Of a DNA stretch of 64,000 nucleotides, positions 1-9,550 are shown one piece after another. Source of the DNA: Desulfatiglandales bacterium. Lineage in GTDB: Bacteria; Desulfobacterota; DSM-4660; Desulfatiglandales; HGW-15. How positions within the stretch are numbered: the stretch's first letter is position 1; each line of letters begins with the position of its first letter. The translations under genes and the position numbers were made by a program. The notes beneath the pieces are model-generated. The model had not been told where the DNA came from. It did not search any database and worked only from the letters and a program-made list of their open reading frames with translations. The DNA lies in assembly GCA_963667015.2 (NCBI GenBank), contig CAXXJJ010000004.1:3488001-3552000 (forward strand), given 5' to 3'.

Positions 1-187
1 ACCATAAAAACACTGTGTTTTAAGAGACCCTATTTTACTGGCTTTCCGGGTGGCATTGAAAAGCCTTATCAGGCTAGCTTTTTAGAATTGTAAAATTGTA
101 ATCCATTACCTACTTGGTTAAAGTATGGAAAATATTAAGCCTTTCAAAACTCAGTAATAACGAGGTTCATAGAACCCTATATTCATT

Positions 188-460
188 TCAGATCGATTTC
201 GTGCAAAATTCAGGTATAAATTCATAGGTATCGTCCCATGCTGCCCAGTCATGAACAAAGGTGTCCAGATGCTGAATTTCTCTATTGAAGGCTTCTTCGA
301 TTCTGACAGCATCATTGGCAATCTCTTCCTTTTCCAGTGATAAAAAGCCCGGGTAAATTATATGCTGACGTATGCTGTAATCAACGACGCCTAAAAGGAT
401 AAAAATTCCAGTAACAATGATTGCTACTTTTGTTTTTAAAGACATTTCATTTCCATACAA
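188..460 (-). pseudogene. Truncated CHASE4-domain sensor protein (N-terminal fragment)
   Basis: TM segment followed by the CHASE4-like motif DWAAWDDTYEFI; the ORF stops 8 codons later with no output domain. Confidence 0.65.
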
Positions 461-616
461 TGCATTACAAGTATTTCACACCCTTGCATAGGGCTAACTA
501 TTTTTATATAAGTATCACTGACAATACAACTGCTGCAATGGTACATGATATGTTATTCTAAATATATATCGACAATCCATATTAAAAAGTTAAAATTCAT
601 TTATATCAGAGAAAAA

Positions 617-1345
617 ATGGCGGAATTTGAAAAAACGAGATGGGCAGACAGTGAATTTTCCCAAAAATATCGGGATGGCGCGGATATTTATATGCCCTTT
701 CGGCAGAGATTTGTGGATGTAACAAAATCACTTTTTTCCTTCTTGTTTAAAAACAGATCCGGTTTAAGAGTTCTTGACCTGGGATGCGGTGACGGATTTT
801 TCGCGGAGGAGCTCTTAAGGTCCTTTTCACCTGCCGCAGTTATACTGACAGACGGGTCCGGGGATATGCTAAAGGCTGCAAAAATAAGGTTAAAGGAAAA
901 GTCAAATGTAGAATATCTACAAGCCAGTTTTCAGGATATAATCGAGTCTGAGATATTGCCGGGGAGTATCGATTTCGTTTACTCATCATTTGCTATACAT
1001 CACCTGCGGCTTTCTGATAAAAAACGCCTTTATTCAAAAATTTTTAATGCATTGAACCCCGGAGGATGCTTTGTTCACAATGATGTGATTGTCCCCCTGT
1101 CTCCCGGGATTGAAAAATGGTATCTGACCCTGTGGAAGGAATGGATAGATCAGTTTCCGGATAAAGATCTCAGCTCGGGCATGGAGGTAATCCCTGAAAG
1201 ATATAAAGAAAGCCCCGATGATTTCCCCGATTCCCTTGAGACACATCTTGATATTTTTCGTGAAACCGGTTTTACAGATGTAGACTGCTTTTTCAAATAT
1301 GGAATATTTGCCCTGTTTGGAGGCCTTAAATCCACTGATGATTAA
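617..1345 (+). CDS. Class I SAM-dependent methyltransferase
   Basis: Motifs VLDLGCGDG and SSFAIHHL; start moved to ATG 617 (MAEFEK). Confidence 0.85.
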   Translation: MAEFEKTRWADSEFSQKYRDGADIYMPFRQRFVDVTKSLFSFLFKNRSGLRVLDLGCGDGFFAEELLRSFSPAAVILTDGSGDMLKAAKIRLKEKSNVEYLQASFQDIIESEILPGSIDFVYSSFAIHHLRLSDKKRLYSKIFNALNPGGCFVHNDVIVPLSPGIEKWYLTLWKEWIDQFPDKDLSSGMEVIPERYKESPDDFPDSLETHLDIFRETGFTDVDCFFKYGIFALFGGLKSTDD

Positions 1346-2507
1346 CCGATTGGCAATAGAAAATTACAGATCTCTTCTCAGGCTTGTAATACCTCTTGAA
1401 GGCCTTAATGTAATTACCGGACCCAATGGAAGCGGAAAATCGAACCTTTACAGGGCGCTTCGCCTCCTTGCGGAAACAGCACAGGGAGGTGTTGTAAAAG
1501 CTCTCGCAGGAGAAGGAGGTCTTAAATCCACATTCTGGGCAGGTCCGGAAGCAATTACCCGAAGAATGAAGACCGGAGAGGTAAAGGTGCAGGGCTCCCG
1601 GAGAAAAAATAACGTACGTTTAAAGCTTGGTTTTTCAGATGATGATTTTGGTTTTGCAATCTCTCTTGGGTTGCCACCACCATCTGATCCACCTTCAACC
1701 GCATTTCATCTGGACCCGGAAATAAAAAGGGAATGCATATGGGCCGGATTTTCATACAGGCCTGCAGGCCTTCTTGTGGACAGGAAACAGAATGTTATCA
1801 AGTCACGTTCCGGAAGAACCTGGGATGTTATTTCCCACGAAATAAACAATTTTGACAGTATGTTTTCCCAGGTGGTGGATTTGAATACCACCCCGGAGGT
1901 ATACAGGGTGAGAGAAATAATAAGAGGGTGGCGTTTTTATGATCATTTCAGAACGGACAGAGACGCCCCTGCCAGGATGCCGCAGTTGGGAACAAGAACA
2001 CCTGTGCTTGATCATGACGGGCATGACCTTGCGGCTGCCCTGCAGACGATCCGGGAAATCGGGGATGCAAGGGCCCTTGACGATGCTGTCAGTGATGCAT
2101 TTCCAGGTTCAAGTCTGGAGATTGCTGTCCAGCAGGATACACGATTTACCATAGAATTTTATCAGGACGGGATTTTAAGGCCTCTTTCAGGTACTGAATT
2201 ATCAGACGGAACATTAAGATACCTTCTATGGGTTGCAGCTCTTCTTACCCCAAGACCGCCACTGCTCATGGTACTTAATGAACCGGAGACAAGTCTGCAT
2301 CCTGACCTTCTGCCTGCTCTCGCAAGGCTTATAATAAGGGCAGCCGAGTCAACCCAGGTGTGGGTTGTTACCCATGCAGATCAACTTATAAGATCACTGG
2401 AAAGGCATCCCTGCTGCAACCGCATTGAACTTGAGAAGAATCTGGGGCAGACACAGATTAAAGGGCAGGGGATCCTGGATGAACCCTCCTGGCACTGGCC
2501 TGACTAG
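1338..2507 (+). CDS. AAA/ABC-like ATPase (COG4637/RecF-like)
   Basis: IENYRS, Walker A GPNGSGKS, LSDGT signature, LNEPETSLHP, THA; ATG 1338 overlaps the upstream gene end. Confidence 0.85.
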   Translation: MINRLAIENYRSLLRLVIPLEGLNVITGPNGSGKSNLYRALRLLAETAQGGVVKALAGEGGLKSTFWAGPEAITRRMKTGEVKVQGSRRKNNVRLKLGFSDDDFGFAISLGLPPPSDPPSTAFHLDPEIKRECIWAGFSYRPAGLLVDRKQNVIKSRSGRTWDVISHEINNFDSMFSQVVDLNTTPEVYRVREIIRGWRFYDHFRTDRDAPARMPQLGTRTPVLDHDGHDLAAALQTIREIGDARALDDAVSDAFPGSSLEIAVQQDTRFTIEFYQDGILRPLSGTELSDGTLRYLLWVAALLTPRPPLLMVLNEPETSLHPDLLPALARLIIRAAESTQVWVVTHADQLIRSLERHPCCNRIELEKNLGQTQIKGQGILDEPSWHWPD

Positions 2508-2525
2508 TGGCAAACTCCTGGCTCA

Positions 2526-2553
2526 CAGAGACGGGTTTGAAACCCGTCTCTAC
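2526..2553. repeat. REP-like palindrome (GTAG-type)
   Basis: AGAGACGGGTTT-G-AAACCCGTCTCT perfect stem; minus strand begins GTAG. Confidence 0.7.
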
Positions 2554-2597
2554 AATTTAAATTAAGATAATATTTTTGGCTTACAAAAAGGAAGAAT

Positions 2598-3410
2598 ATG
2601 AAAGCAGATTTACATTTACATACAAGTGCATCGGACGGCACCTGGACACCGGAAATGCTGATAGAAAATATTGTCAGAACAGGTATATCTGTTTTTGCTG
2701 TTACGGATCATGATTCCGTAGAAAATGTCACTATGACCGCTGATCTTGCAAAGGATAGGGACCTCACATTTATCAGGGGTGTGGAAGTAAACTCTACAGA
2801 AAACGGCCACATATTTCATATCCTGGGCTACAATATTGATCCGGAAGATGAGCAGCTGAACAGAATATTACTAAAAAACAGAAATGTTATGGAAGAAAGG
2901 GACAAAAGATGCATAAAGATCCTTGAGGATATGGATTATCCTGTTGTCCTTGACGAGTTTCTTGCCTATGAAAACAAACGGGCGCGCGGTGGCTGGAAGG
3001 CCTTAAATTATGTATTGGATAAAGGATTGTGTGAGCACTATAAGGAGTATTTCAGGCTTTTCGGCGATAAAAGGGACGGGCTGGGCATTGAAGGGTGTGC
3101 CAGCCCGGAAGAGGTAATATATGCAGTTAAAGCAGCAGGGGGTATTCCTGTTCTCGCCCACCCCGGATCTGCTTTGTATGGAAATAATTTTCAGGAAACC
3201 GTTTCTCTGGCAATTGATTATGGCGTTGAGGGCATAGAATGTTTTCATCCTGAAAACGGAGATGAAACAACTAAATACTGTCTTGAGCTTTGCAGGAATA
3301 AACACCTCTATATTACAGGAGGGTCAGACTGCCACGGCACATTTGTTAAGGAGCGATGGCTTGGAAAACCGGATATTGCTCTTGATCAGCTTGTTTTGTG
3401 GGAGTTTTAG
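2598..3410 (+). CDS. PHP-domain phosphoesterase (TrpH/YciV-like)
   Basis: Motifs DLHLHT.SDG, TDHD, LAHP, GGSDCH. Confidence 0.9.
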   Translation: MKADLHLHTSASDGTWTPEMLIENIVRTGISVFAVTDHDSVENVTMTADLAKDRDLTFIRGVEVNSTENGHIFHILGYNIDPEDEQLNRILLKNRNVMEERDKRCIKILEDMDYPVVLDEFLAYENKRARGGWKALNYVLDKGLCEHYKEYFRLFGDKRDGLGIEGCASPEEVIYAVKAAGGIPVLAHPGSALYGNNFQETVSLAIDYGVEGIECFHPENGDETTKYCLELCRNKHLYITGGSDCHGTFVKERWLGKPDIALDQLVLWEF

Positions 3411-4204
3411 ATTAAATACCCCAGTGAAATTAAAAACTCATCCATCAGCCTGAAAACCTCTGCACCGTCAACATTCCCGAAAAAGTGATCTGTTCCCTCA
3501 AAGGGATGCAGGTCGCAGCGGTTACCCATGGCAACAGATTTTTCTGCATATTCCTTTACGGATTCAAAGGGAACCAGGTCATCTGCCATGCCGTGGATAA
3601 GGCACATTGGAGGCATACCCGCCTTCAAATTATGGAACGGCGACAGGTCTTCCGGCTCTTCACGCCCCTGGAGTAAAAAGGCAAAATCATCAACAATAAC
3701 AGTATTAAGGCATGCGGACTGAAGCGCGAGCGCATCGGGTACAGCACTTATGCTTTTATCATCTTCGGGATCATCATACCCGTCAAGCGCTGCAGCGCAG
3801 GTTACAAGATGAGCTCCAGCCGAGATAGCCCCTCCCACAACTTTTTGCGGGTCGATATTCAATTCCACGGCATTTTTTCTTGTCCATCTTATGGCAGACT
3901 TTACATCCTCAAGTGCGTCAACTGGAGAAGCTCCCCCGATTGATGACAGGCGGTATTGAAAGGATATCGCCGTCATACCCTTTGATGCATAGTGACTGCA
4001 AATATCATAGCCCCACGCCGGCTCACCCATTGACCATCCGCCCGGATGAAAGAAGACAAAGGCAGTGTTTGCGCCGGTCTGACTTTCTTTCCGTGAACGG
4101 AAGATATGTGCGGTTAACTCTTTTTCGCCCTTTTTCCGGTATGCCCTTATCTCATCCGGCATATCCATTGAGGGTGCCGGTCCCTGTGGTGTATCATTAC
4201 TCAT
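3407..4204 (-). CDS. Alpha/beta hydrolase (esterase/lipase-like)
   Basis: HPGGW, ISAGAHL nucleophile region, HG..DDLV, C-terminal His. Confidence 0.85.
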   Translation of the reverse strand: MSNDTPQGPAPSMDMPDEIRAYRKKGEKELTAHIFRSRKESQTGANTAFVFFHPGGWSMGEPAWGYDICSHYASKGMTAISFQYRLSSIGGASPVDALEDVKSAIRWTRKNAVELNIDPQKVVGGAISAGAHLVTCAAALDGYDDPEDDKSISAVPDALALQSACLNTVIVDDFAFLLQGREEPEDLSPFHNLKAGMPPMCLIHGMADDLVPFESVKEYAEKSVAMGNRCDLHPFEGTDHFFGNVDGAEVFRLMDEFLISLGYLI

Positions 4205-4262
4205 TTTTTTACTCCTTTAACCCTGACGTTGCATAAAATTTGAGTTCAAACGTTAGGGTAAG

Positions 4263-5738
4263 CTACCTGCTGATTTCTATATCCTTAATTGTAAACTTGC
4301 CCTGGCTTCCCGCAATGCCGAAAAAATCCGATGGGTCTCCGTTTCCAACTGCCATTGTAATATGGCCTGCATCATAGCCCCGTCCCGCACCTTTCATTGC
4401 CGCATCAATGCCGGTCCATTTATCACCGATATATACCTCTGTCCAGGCATGACCTCCAAATATATTATTCTGTCCTATAAAATTTTCTGCATACACAAGG
4501 CCTGTAGCCACCCTTGCAGGTATCCCCGCTGCGCGGCAGAGGGCAACTGAGAGAAGTGCATGTTCCGTACAGTCTCCCTGCCTGCTCTTCAATACCTCAA
4601 GGGCGCTTGCATACCCAACCGAAAGATTTTTATTCTCTATGTATCCGGACACAAAAGCCTCGACTGCCAGCGCAGCATCCATGGCATTATTTATTCCTTT
4701 AGTGCATTTTTCAGCCATGGAGATTATGTCCGGATGCTTTATCTGCAGATAGGGTGTTTCTTCAAGGGCCTCCAGTATTGCGGGATCATTTCCTTTATAT
4801 GGGAATCCGACTTTTGTTCCGGGGGATAAAACATTAACTGTCAAACGTACACTGCCGTCACCAGGGGTTTCGACCTGCTGACTGTCGGTTGAAGGGAAAT
4901 CCAGTTTCATTTCAGGGCTTTTCGGAACAAGCGTATATGTTATCTTTTTAATTTCATTCAGACCGGTTATAGGCACCGGACTTTTCAGCATCATGTTTTC
5001 CACCAGTTCGGCCGGTTCCAGTTCGCTTCTGGCAAATGCCTCGGAACTGGCTATCATCTCTATATTCATTCCGGCCACTGGGATTATTGCCTTCTGGGTC
5101 TTAAAATTTTCATCAACATATTCGGTATATCCTATATTACCGGCCCTGGGCATCGTATATTCACCCTTTATTTCAATAAGCTCAATCACCCTGCCTAAAA
5201 GGTCGGTCTGCTTTTTTTCTCCAATATTAACGGATGTTTTAAGGGCATTTTTCATTGAGGGGCTGAACACATCTACTGTAAAAGATGTCCCGCTTTTCAG
5301 GCCCTGCTTTTTAATTAACAGGCTCAGCCCTTCGGACATTAATGCCCCCGCAGGATATGGCTGAGTGGATTCAATCCTGTTACCGGCATTGGTGCTTACT
5401 ATCTTCATTGTACCATCCGGAAGGATCTCCCCCTCTTCAGACATCTCCATCATGGCCATTTTCTGTTTAACCCTGAAGCCAAGGGGTTTGCCTTCGATCG
5501 TTTCTATTGCAGTCTCTGTTGTATCCAGTGATATGGGGGTACCCATTCGCTCTATTTCAAAATGTATGCTTTCGCTGTTTATAACCCTGCTGCCGTCAAC
5601 CTGCCGGGATCTCTGTGCATAGCCGCAACGGCTGCCGTTGATAAAGAGGGCATAGTGCTCGACCTCCGCCTGGCCTGCAAATGAATGAAAATCCATTAAA
5701 AACAGGAGAAAAATAAACGCGATAGATATCTTTCTCAT
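4263..5738 (-). CDS. Secreted transglutaminase-like protein
   Basis: Signal peptide; GDCTEHA, RAAGIPAR, HAWTEV catalytic motifs. Confidence 0.85.
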   Translation of the reverse strand: MRKISIAFIFLLFLMDFHSFAGQAEVEHYALFINGSRCGYAQRSRQVDGSRVINSESIHFEIERMGTPISLDTTETAIETIEGKPLGFRVKQKMAMMEMSEEGEILPDGTMKIVSTNAGNRIESTQPYPAGALMSEGLSLLIKKQGLKSGTSFTVDVFSPSMKNALKTSVNIGEKKQTDLLGRVIELIEIKGEYTMPRAGNIGYTEYVDENFKTQKAIIPVAGMNIEMIASSEAFARSELEPAELVENMMLKSPVPITGLNEIKKITYTLVPKSPEMKLDFPSTDSQQVETPGDGSVRLTVNVLSPGTKVGFPYKGNDPAILEALEETPYLQIKHPDIISMAEKCTKGINNAMDAALAVEAFVSGYIENKNLSVGYASALEVLKSRQGDCTEHALLSVALCRAAGIPARVATGLVYAENFIGQNNIFGGHAWTEVYIGDKWTGIDAAMKGAGRGYDAGHITMAVGNGDPSDFFGIAGSQGKFTIKDIEISR

Positions 5739-5772
5739 AGGTCGGTATCTCCTTTTGTTTTGTCCGGTTCTG

Positions 5773-7047
5773 TTACAGCCGTTGAATCAGGTACAGATAT
5801 GAGGGCAGCAACAGCCTTCTTTTTATATCATAAAATTTTCTTTTTGTTTCTCTTGTCTCATTTTTACTGCTGCCCTGCAAGGGTGAAAAATATATTGTCC
5901 CCTTAATTTCCCTGTGTTTTATCTCTTTCTCTATGAGCCTGAAGATACTGGGATAATGATTTTCAGGAAACCCGCTGCTGAACAGAAAATTGGATGTTAA
6001 TTCCAGGTTTGCATATTCCCTGTTTAAATGCGTCATCCGGGAAAAGGTCTTTTCAACATCAGAAACAGTAATATTCTTTTTTATTCCTAAAAGTGTCTCA
6101 CCATCAGCAGATTCAAGGCCTATATTAATGTATGTATTGCAGGGCAGGCTGTTGAGCCTTTTAAACAAATCATCCCCGGCATTTAAAACCGAATATACAC
6201 TTCCGAATAAAAACAGATTGGCCCCCTTCATGTTTGAATCTGCAAATCCGAACTCATCATATGCATAAAGGGCTGCCTCTTCAATAAGATCAATACCTGC
6301 ATTAAGGGCATCATGCTGCCCAAGAAACAGGGAATTATAATTTACAATATCGTCACCGTAAAACTTTTTCAGCGCGTTAATCTGATCTTTTATGTTCCTG
6401 ACCGACCGCCTGGAAAATGGCCTGGGAGATTTAACCGCGCAGAATCCGCATTTATACAGGCACCCGTCGGCGATAACAACAGGGATAACATTATAATCCA
6501 CATGCCGTGTGTCCGGAGGCAGGACAGTAATGCGGTCTCCCAGTATCTCTCTTAGCTCGGATGACCTTTTTTTGAGATTATCAGAGGGCCGGGTCCTTAT
6601 TTTTTGAACAAAATTCCTTGTTTCAGGATCAAGGTAATCTGTATTTAAACCTGAAATGGATTCGTATAATTTATCGTAAGATTCAATTGCTGATCGAACA
6701 GCGGGGTAATCAAAAGGACTGTTAAGCAGTATCGAGTTGTTAAAATACTGCGCGCATGGGATGTAGTATTCTCCTGAATACTCCATTGTGCCGCTGTACC
6801 CGCCGGTAGAATAGTAAAGCCAGTCATTTGTTACAGTACGCTTGAGCCACTCCGAAGGGTCAGGCCATTCTTTATTTCTTCCTGTAATGAACTTTATTTC
6901 GCCATTCAGGTTGAACTGATAAATGTATTCCCTGCTCCTGATCTCCCCTAAATGACCGTACCTTAGGGGATAGCTTACCTTTGAATATTGATCTGCTCCT
7001 TTGACAAGAGGAAATATTTCAAGTTCATATGGATCAATTTTGCCCAT
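5773..7047 (-). CDS. Radical SAM protein of unknown function
   Basis: CxxxCxxC (CLYKCGFC) and IGLES; long N-terminal extension. Confidence 0.8.
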   Translation of the reverse strand: MGKIDPYELEIFPLVKGADQYSKVSYPLRYGHLGEIRSREYIYQFNLNGEIKFITGRNKEWPDPSEWLKRTVTNDWLYYSTGGYSGTMEYSGEYYIPCAQYFNNSILLNSPFDYPAVRSAIESYDKLYESISGLNTDYLDPETRNFVQKIRTRPSDNLKKRSSELREILGDRITVLPPDTRHVDYNVIPVVIADGCLYKCGFCAVKSPRPFSRRSVRNIKDQINALKKFYGDDIVNYNSLFLGQHDALNAGIDLIEEAALYAYDEFGFADSNMKGANLFLFGSVYSVLNAGDDLFKRLNSLPCNTYINIGLESADGETLLGIKKNITVSDVEKTFSRMTHLNREYANLELTSNFLFSSGFPENHYPSIFRLIEKEIKHREIKGTIYFSPLQGSSKNETRETKRKFYDIKRRLLLPSYLYLIQRL

Positions 7048-7062
7048 CAGTTTTTTGAGGTA

Positions 7063-8127
7063 TCAGGGCATCCTGTAGACCATGGAGTTGATATTCATTC
7101 CTGCCCCGACAGAGGCAAAGACTATTATATCCCCTGACTCAAACCGGTGATCTTCCAGTTTTCCCCTCTGGATAAGATCAAACATGGTCGGTATCGTGGC
7201 TACAGAACTGTTCCCCAGCCATGAAATGGTCATGGGCATTACATCCTCCGGGATATCCTTGACTTTATAGAGTTTGAAAATAGCCTTGATAATACTTCTG
7301 TCCATTTTTTCGTTAGCCTGATGAATAAGAATCTTTTTTATGTCGGTAATGGAAAGCCCGGCCCTGTCAATGCACTCCTTTACAACCTTCGGGACATATT
7401 TTAGTGCATATTTAAAGACCTGATGGCCATCCATCTTAAGATATATCTTGTTGTCATTTTTATCCGGATTATATGACTTTTCATTATATATATAAAAAGT
7501 TTCTTCTTTTGTATCGCTTCTGGTGACATGGGACAGGATACCCGTGTCTTCCTCAGTCGCTTCAACTATTACCGCTCCTGCTCCGTCGGCAAAAATCATG
7601 CTGTCAATATCGTGAGGATCGATTACGCGTGAAAGGGAATCTGCGCCGATAACCATAACCTTTTTCACATTACCTGATTTTATATAATAATCGGCTATGG
7701 TCATTCCATGGAGCCAGCCCGGGCATCCGAAGGGGATATCATAGGCCACTGTATAGGGATTTTTAATCCCCAACCGATGCTTGACCCTTGCAGCAAGAGA
7801 CGGGCATATATCCACCCTGACGCTTCCGGCCTTTACGTCCCCGTAATTATGGCCCACTATTATATAATCAAGATCCTCGCCGTCCTGCCCGTCAAGGGCT
7901 TCTTTTGCGGCCATGTAGGCGATATCGGATGTTACAAGATCATCGGTTACCCACCGTCTTTCTTTGATACATGTAATATCCTGTAATGTGGCGATAATAT
8001 CCTTGTTTGCCTTTGTTATTTTTTCATTATCGGAATTATAAAATTCAGTATTTAAAAAATAACTGTTTTCTATCCTTCTTGTAGGAATATAAGATCCTGT
8101 TCCTGTTATAATACTGTTTGGCATCAA
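7063..8127 (-). CDS. fabH: 3-oxoacyl-ACP synthase III family protein
   Basis: GTGSY, catalytic Cys (FGCPGW), HQAN, GNSS, GAG. Confidence 0.85.
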   Translation of the reverse strand: MMPNSIITGTGSYIPTRRIENSYFLNTEFYNSDNEKITKANKDIIATLQDITCIKERRWVTDDLVTSDIAYMAAKEALDGQDGEDLDYIIVGHNYGDVKAGSVRVDICPSLAARVKHRLGIKNPYTVAYDIPFGCPGWLHGMTIADYYIKSGNVKKVMVIGADSLSRVIDPHDIDSMIFADGAGAVIVEATEEDTGILSHVTRSDTKEETFYIYNEKSYNPDKNDNKIYLKMDGHQVFKYALKYVPKVVKECIDRAGLSITDIKKILIHQANEKMDRSIIKAIFKLYKVKDIPEDVMPMTISWLGNSSVATIPTMFDLIQRGKLEDHRFESGDIIVFASVGAGMNINSMVYRMP

Positions 8128-8196
8128 TCTATCCTTAAATCATCATACAGGGCTTCAAATGCCCATATTTAAATCCTGCAGCAGGATAATCAGTCG

Positions 8197-9537
8197 TCAG
8201 TTTAATTCTCGTTCTATAATATCCGCGATATTTCTGGCATATTTTTCTATTTCTGCCTTATCTTTTCCCTCAACCATTACCCTGCAGAGCGGTTCGGTTC
8301 CTGAATACCTGACAAGGATTCTGCCGCTGCCGCCAAGTGCGGCCTCTGCTCTATCCATGGCCTGTTTTATTTCGGGTACGCCTGATATTTCCGGTTTATT
8401 TTTAACCTTAACATTAATAAGCACCTGGGGGTATATCCGCATGATGCCGGCCAATGCGGAAAGTGGTTTATCAGAAAAAGCGATGGCATTCAACAGTTGA
8501 AGGGCAGAAAGCATTCCGTCTCCGGTTGTGTGATCATTGGCAAAAATTATATGCCCTGAATCCTCACCGCCGATGGAGCTTCCAATCTCCCTCATTTTTT
8601 CCATGACAAGGCGATCGCCTACACCGGTTTTTTCATGGCTGATACCCATTTCCTTTAAGGCCGCACCGAGTCCCATGTTGCTCATTACAGTTGTTACCAC
8701 CGCGTTGTTTTTAAGCTCATTTCTTTCATGAAGCATTTTCGCACATATGGCAATAATCTGGTCCCCGGTAAGGGGTTTACCGGTTTCATCAACTGCAATA
8801 AGCCTGTCTGCATCCCCGTCAAATGCAAGGCCCAGATCGGCATTTTTTTTAATCACCCTTTTACTCAGCCCTTCAGTATGCTGGGAACCGCAGTTTTCGT
8901 TAATGTTTTTTCCGTCAGGTTGTGAAAATATTATGTCGGCCCTGACTCCAAGTGCATTAAAAAGATCAGGGGCAACATCTGATGCAGCGCCGTTTGAACA
9001 GTCAATAATTATTGAATACTCTTTAAGTTTTTCTGTATAATGGATGATATTCTTTAAAAATGCACTGTATTCATCCTTTGCATCTTCAATAGAGGTCAGG
9101 GATTCCAGATCCGGGATTTCCGGCTCGACAGTTTGATCGAGTATTTTGCCCTCAATCTCGTTCTCTTCTGCCTCGGAGAATTTAAACCCGTCACCTGAAA
9201 AGAGCTTAAAGCCATTATAGTCAAAGGGATTATGGGATGCGGATATAACAACTCCGGCGCCGCAGCCTGCTTTTTTTGCCAGAAAGGCAACACCCGGAGT
9301 AGGGATTACACCGGCCGATTTCACGGTACCCCCTGCTGCCAGGATGCCTGCTGAAACGGCCCTTTCAAGAACCTCTCCCGACTCCCTGGTATCCCGCCCG
9401 GTAATTATATCAGTGCTTTTTCCCCTGTCTTTACAGAAACCTACCAGAAAGTAGCCAAGCCTTTTACCTGTTTCAATATCGATAGGATATTGCCCTGCGA
9501 TTCCTCTTATTCCGTCTGTTCCGAATAGTTTTCCCAT
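8197..9537 (-). CDS. glmM: Phosphoglucosamine mutase
   Basis: FGTDGIRG, SASHNP, DGDADR, RYSGTEP. Confidence 0.95.
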   Translation of the reverse strand: MGKLFGTDGIRGIAGQYPIDIETGKRLGYFLVGFCKDRGKSTDIITGRDTRESGEVLERAVSAGILAAGGTVKSAGVIPTPGVAFLAKKAGCGAGVVISASHNPFDYNGFKLFSGDGFKFSEAEENEIEGKILDQTVEPEIPDLESLTSIEDAKDEYSAFLKNIIHYTEKLKEYSIIIDCSNGAASDVAPDLFNALGVRADIIFSQPDGKNINENCGSQHTEGLSKRVIKKNADLGLAFDGDADRLIAVDETGKPLTGDQIIAICAKMLHERNELKNNAVVTTVMSNMGLGAALKEMGISHEKTGVGDRLVMEKMREIGSSIGGEDSGHIIFANDHTTGDGMLSALQLLNAIAFSDKPLSALAGIMRIYPQVLINVKVKNKPEISGVPEIKQAMDRAEAALGGSGRILVRYSGTEPLCRVMVEGKDKAEIEKYARNIADIIERELN

Positions 9538-9550
9538 TTTCCTAACACTT

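Noticed and set aside
1338..2507. AAA ATPase plus methyltransferase as a defence system
   Set aside because: No TOPRIM/HNH partner; the methyltransferase is small-molecule type; composition resembles the core genome
5773..7047. Radical SAM protein as activase for the glycyl radical enzyme
   Set aside because: It lacks the GRE-activase motifs (DGPG, GCxLxCxWCxNPE) and lies 38 kb away
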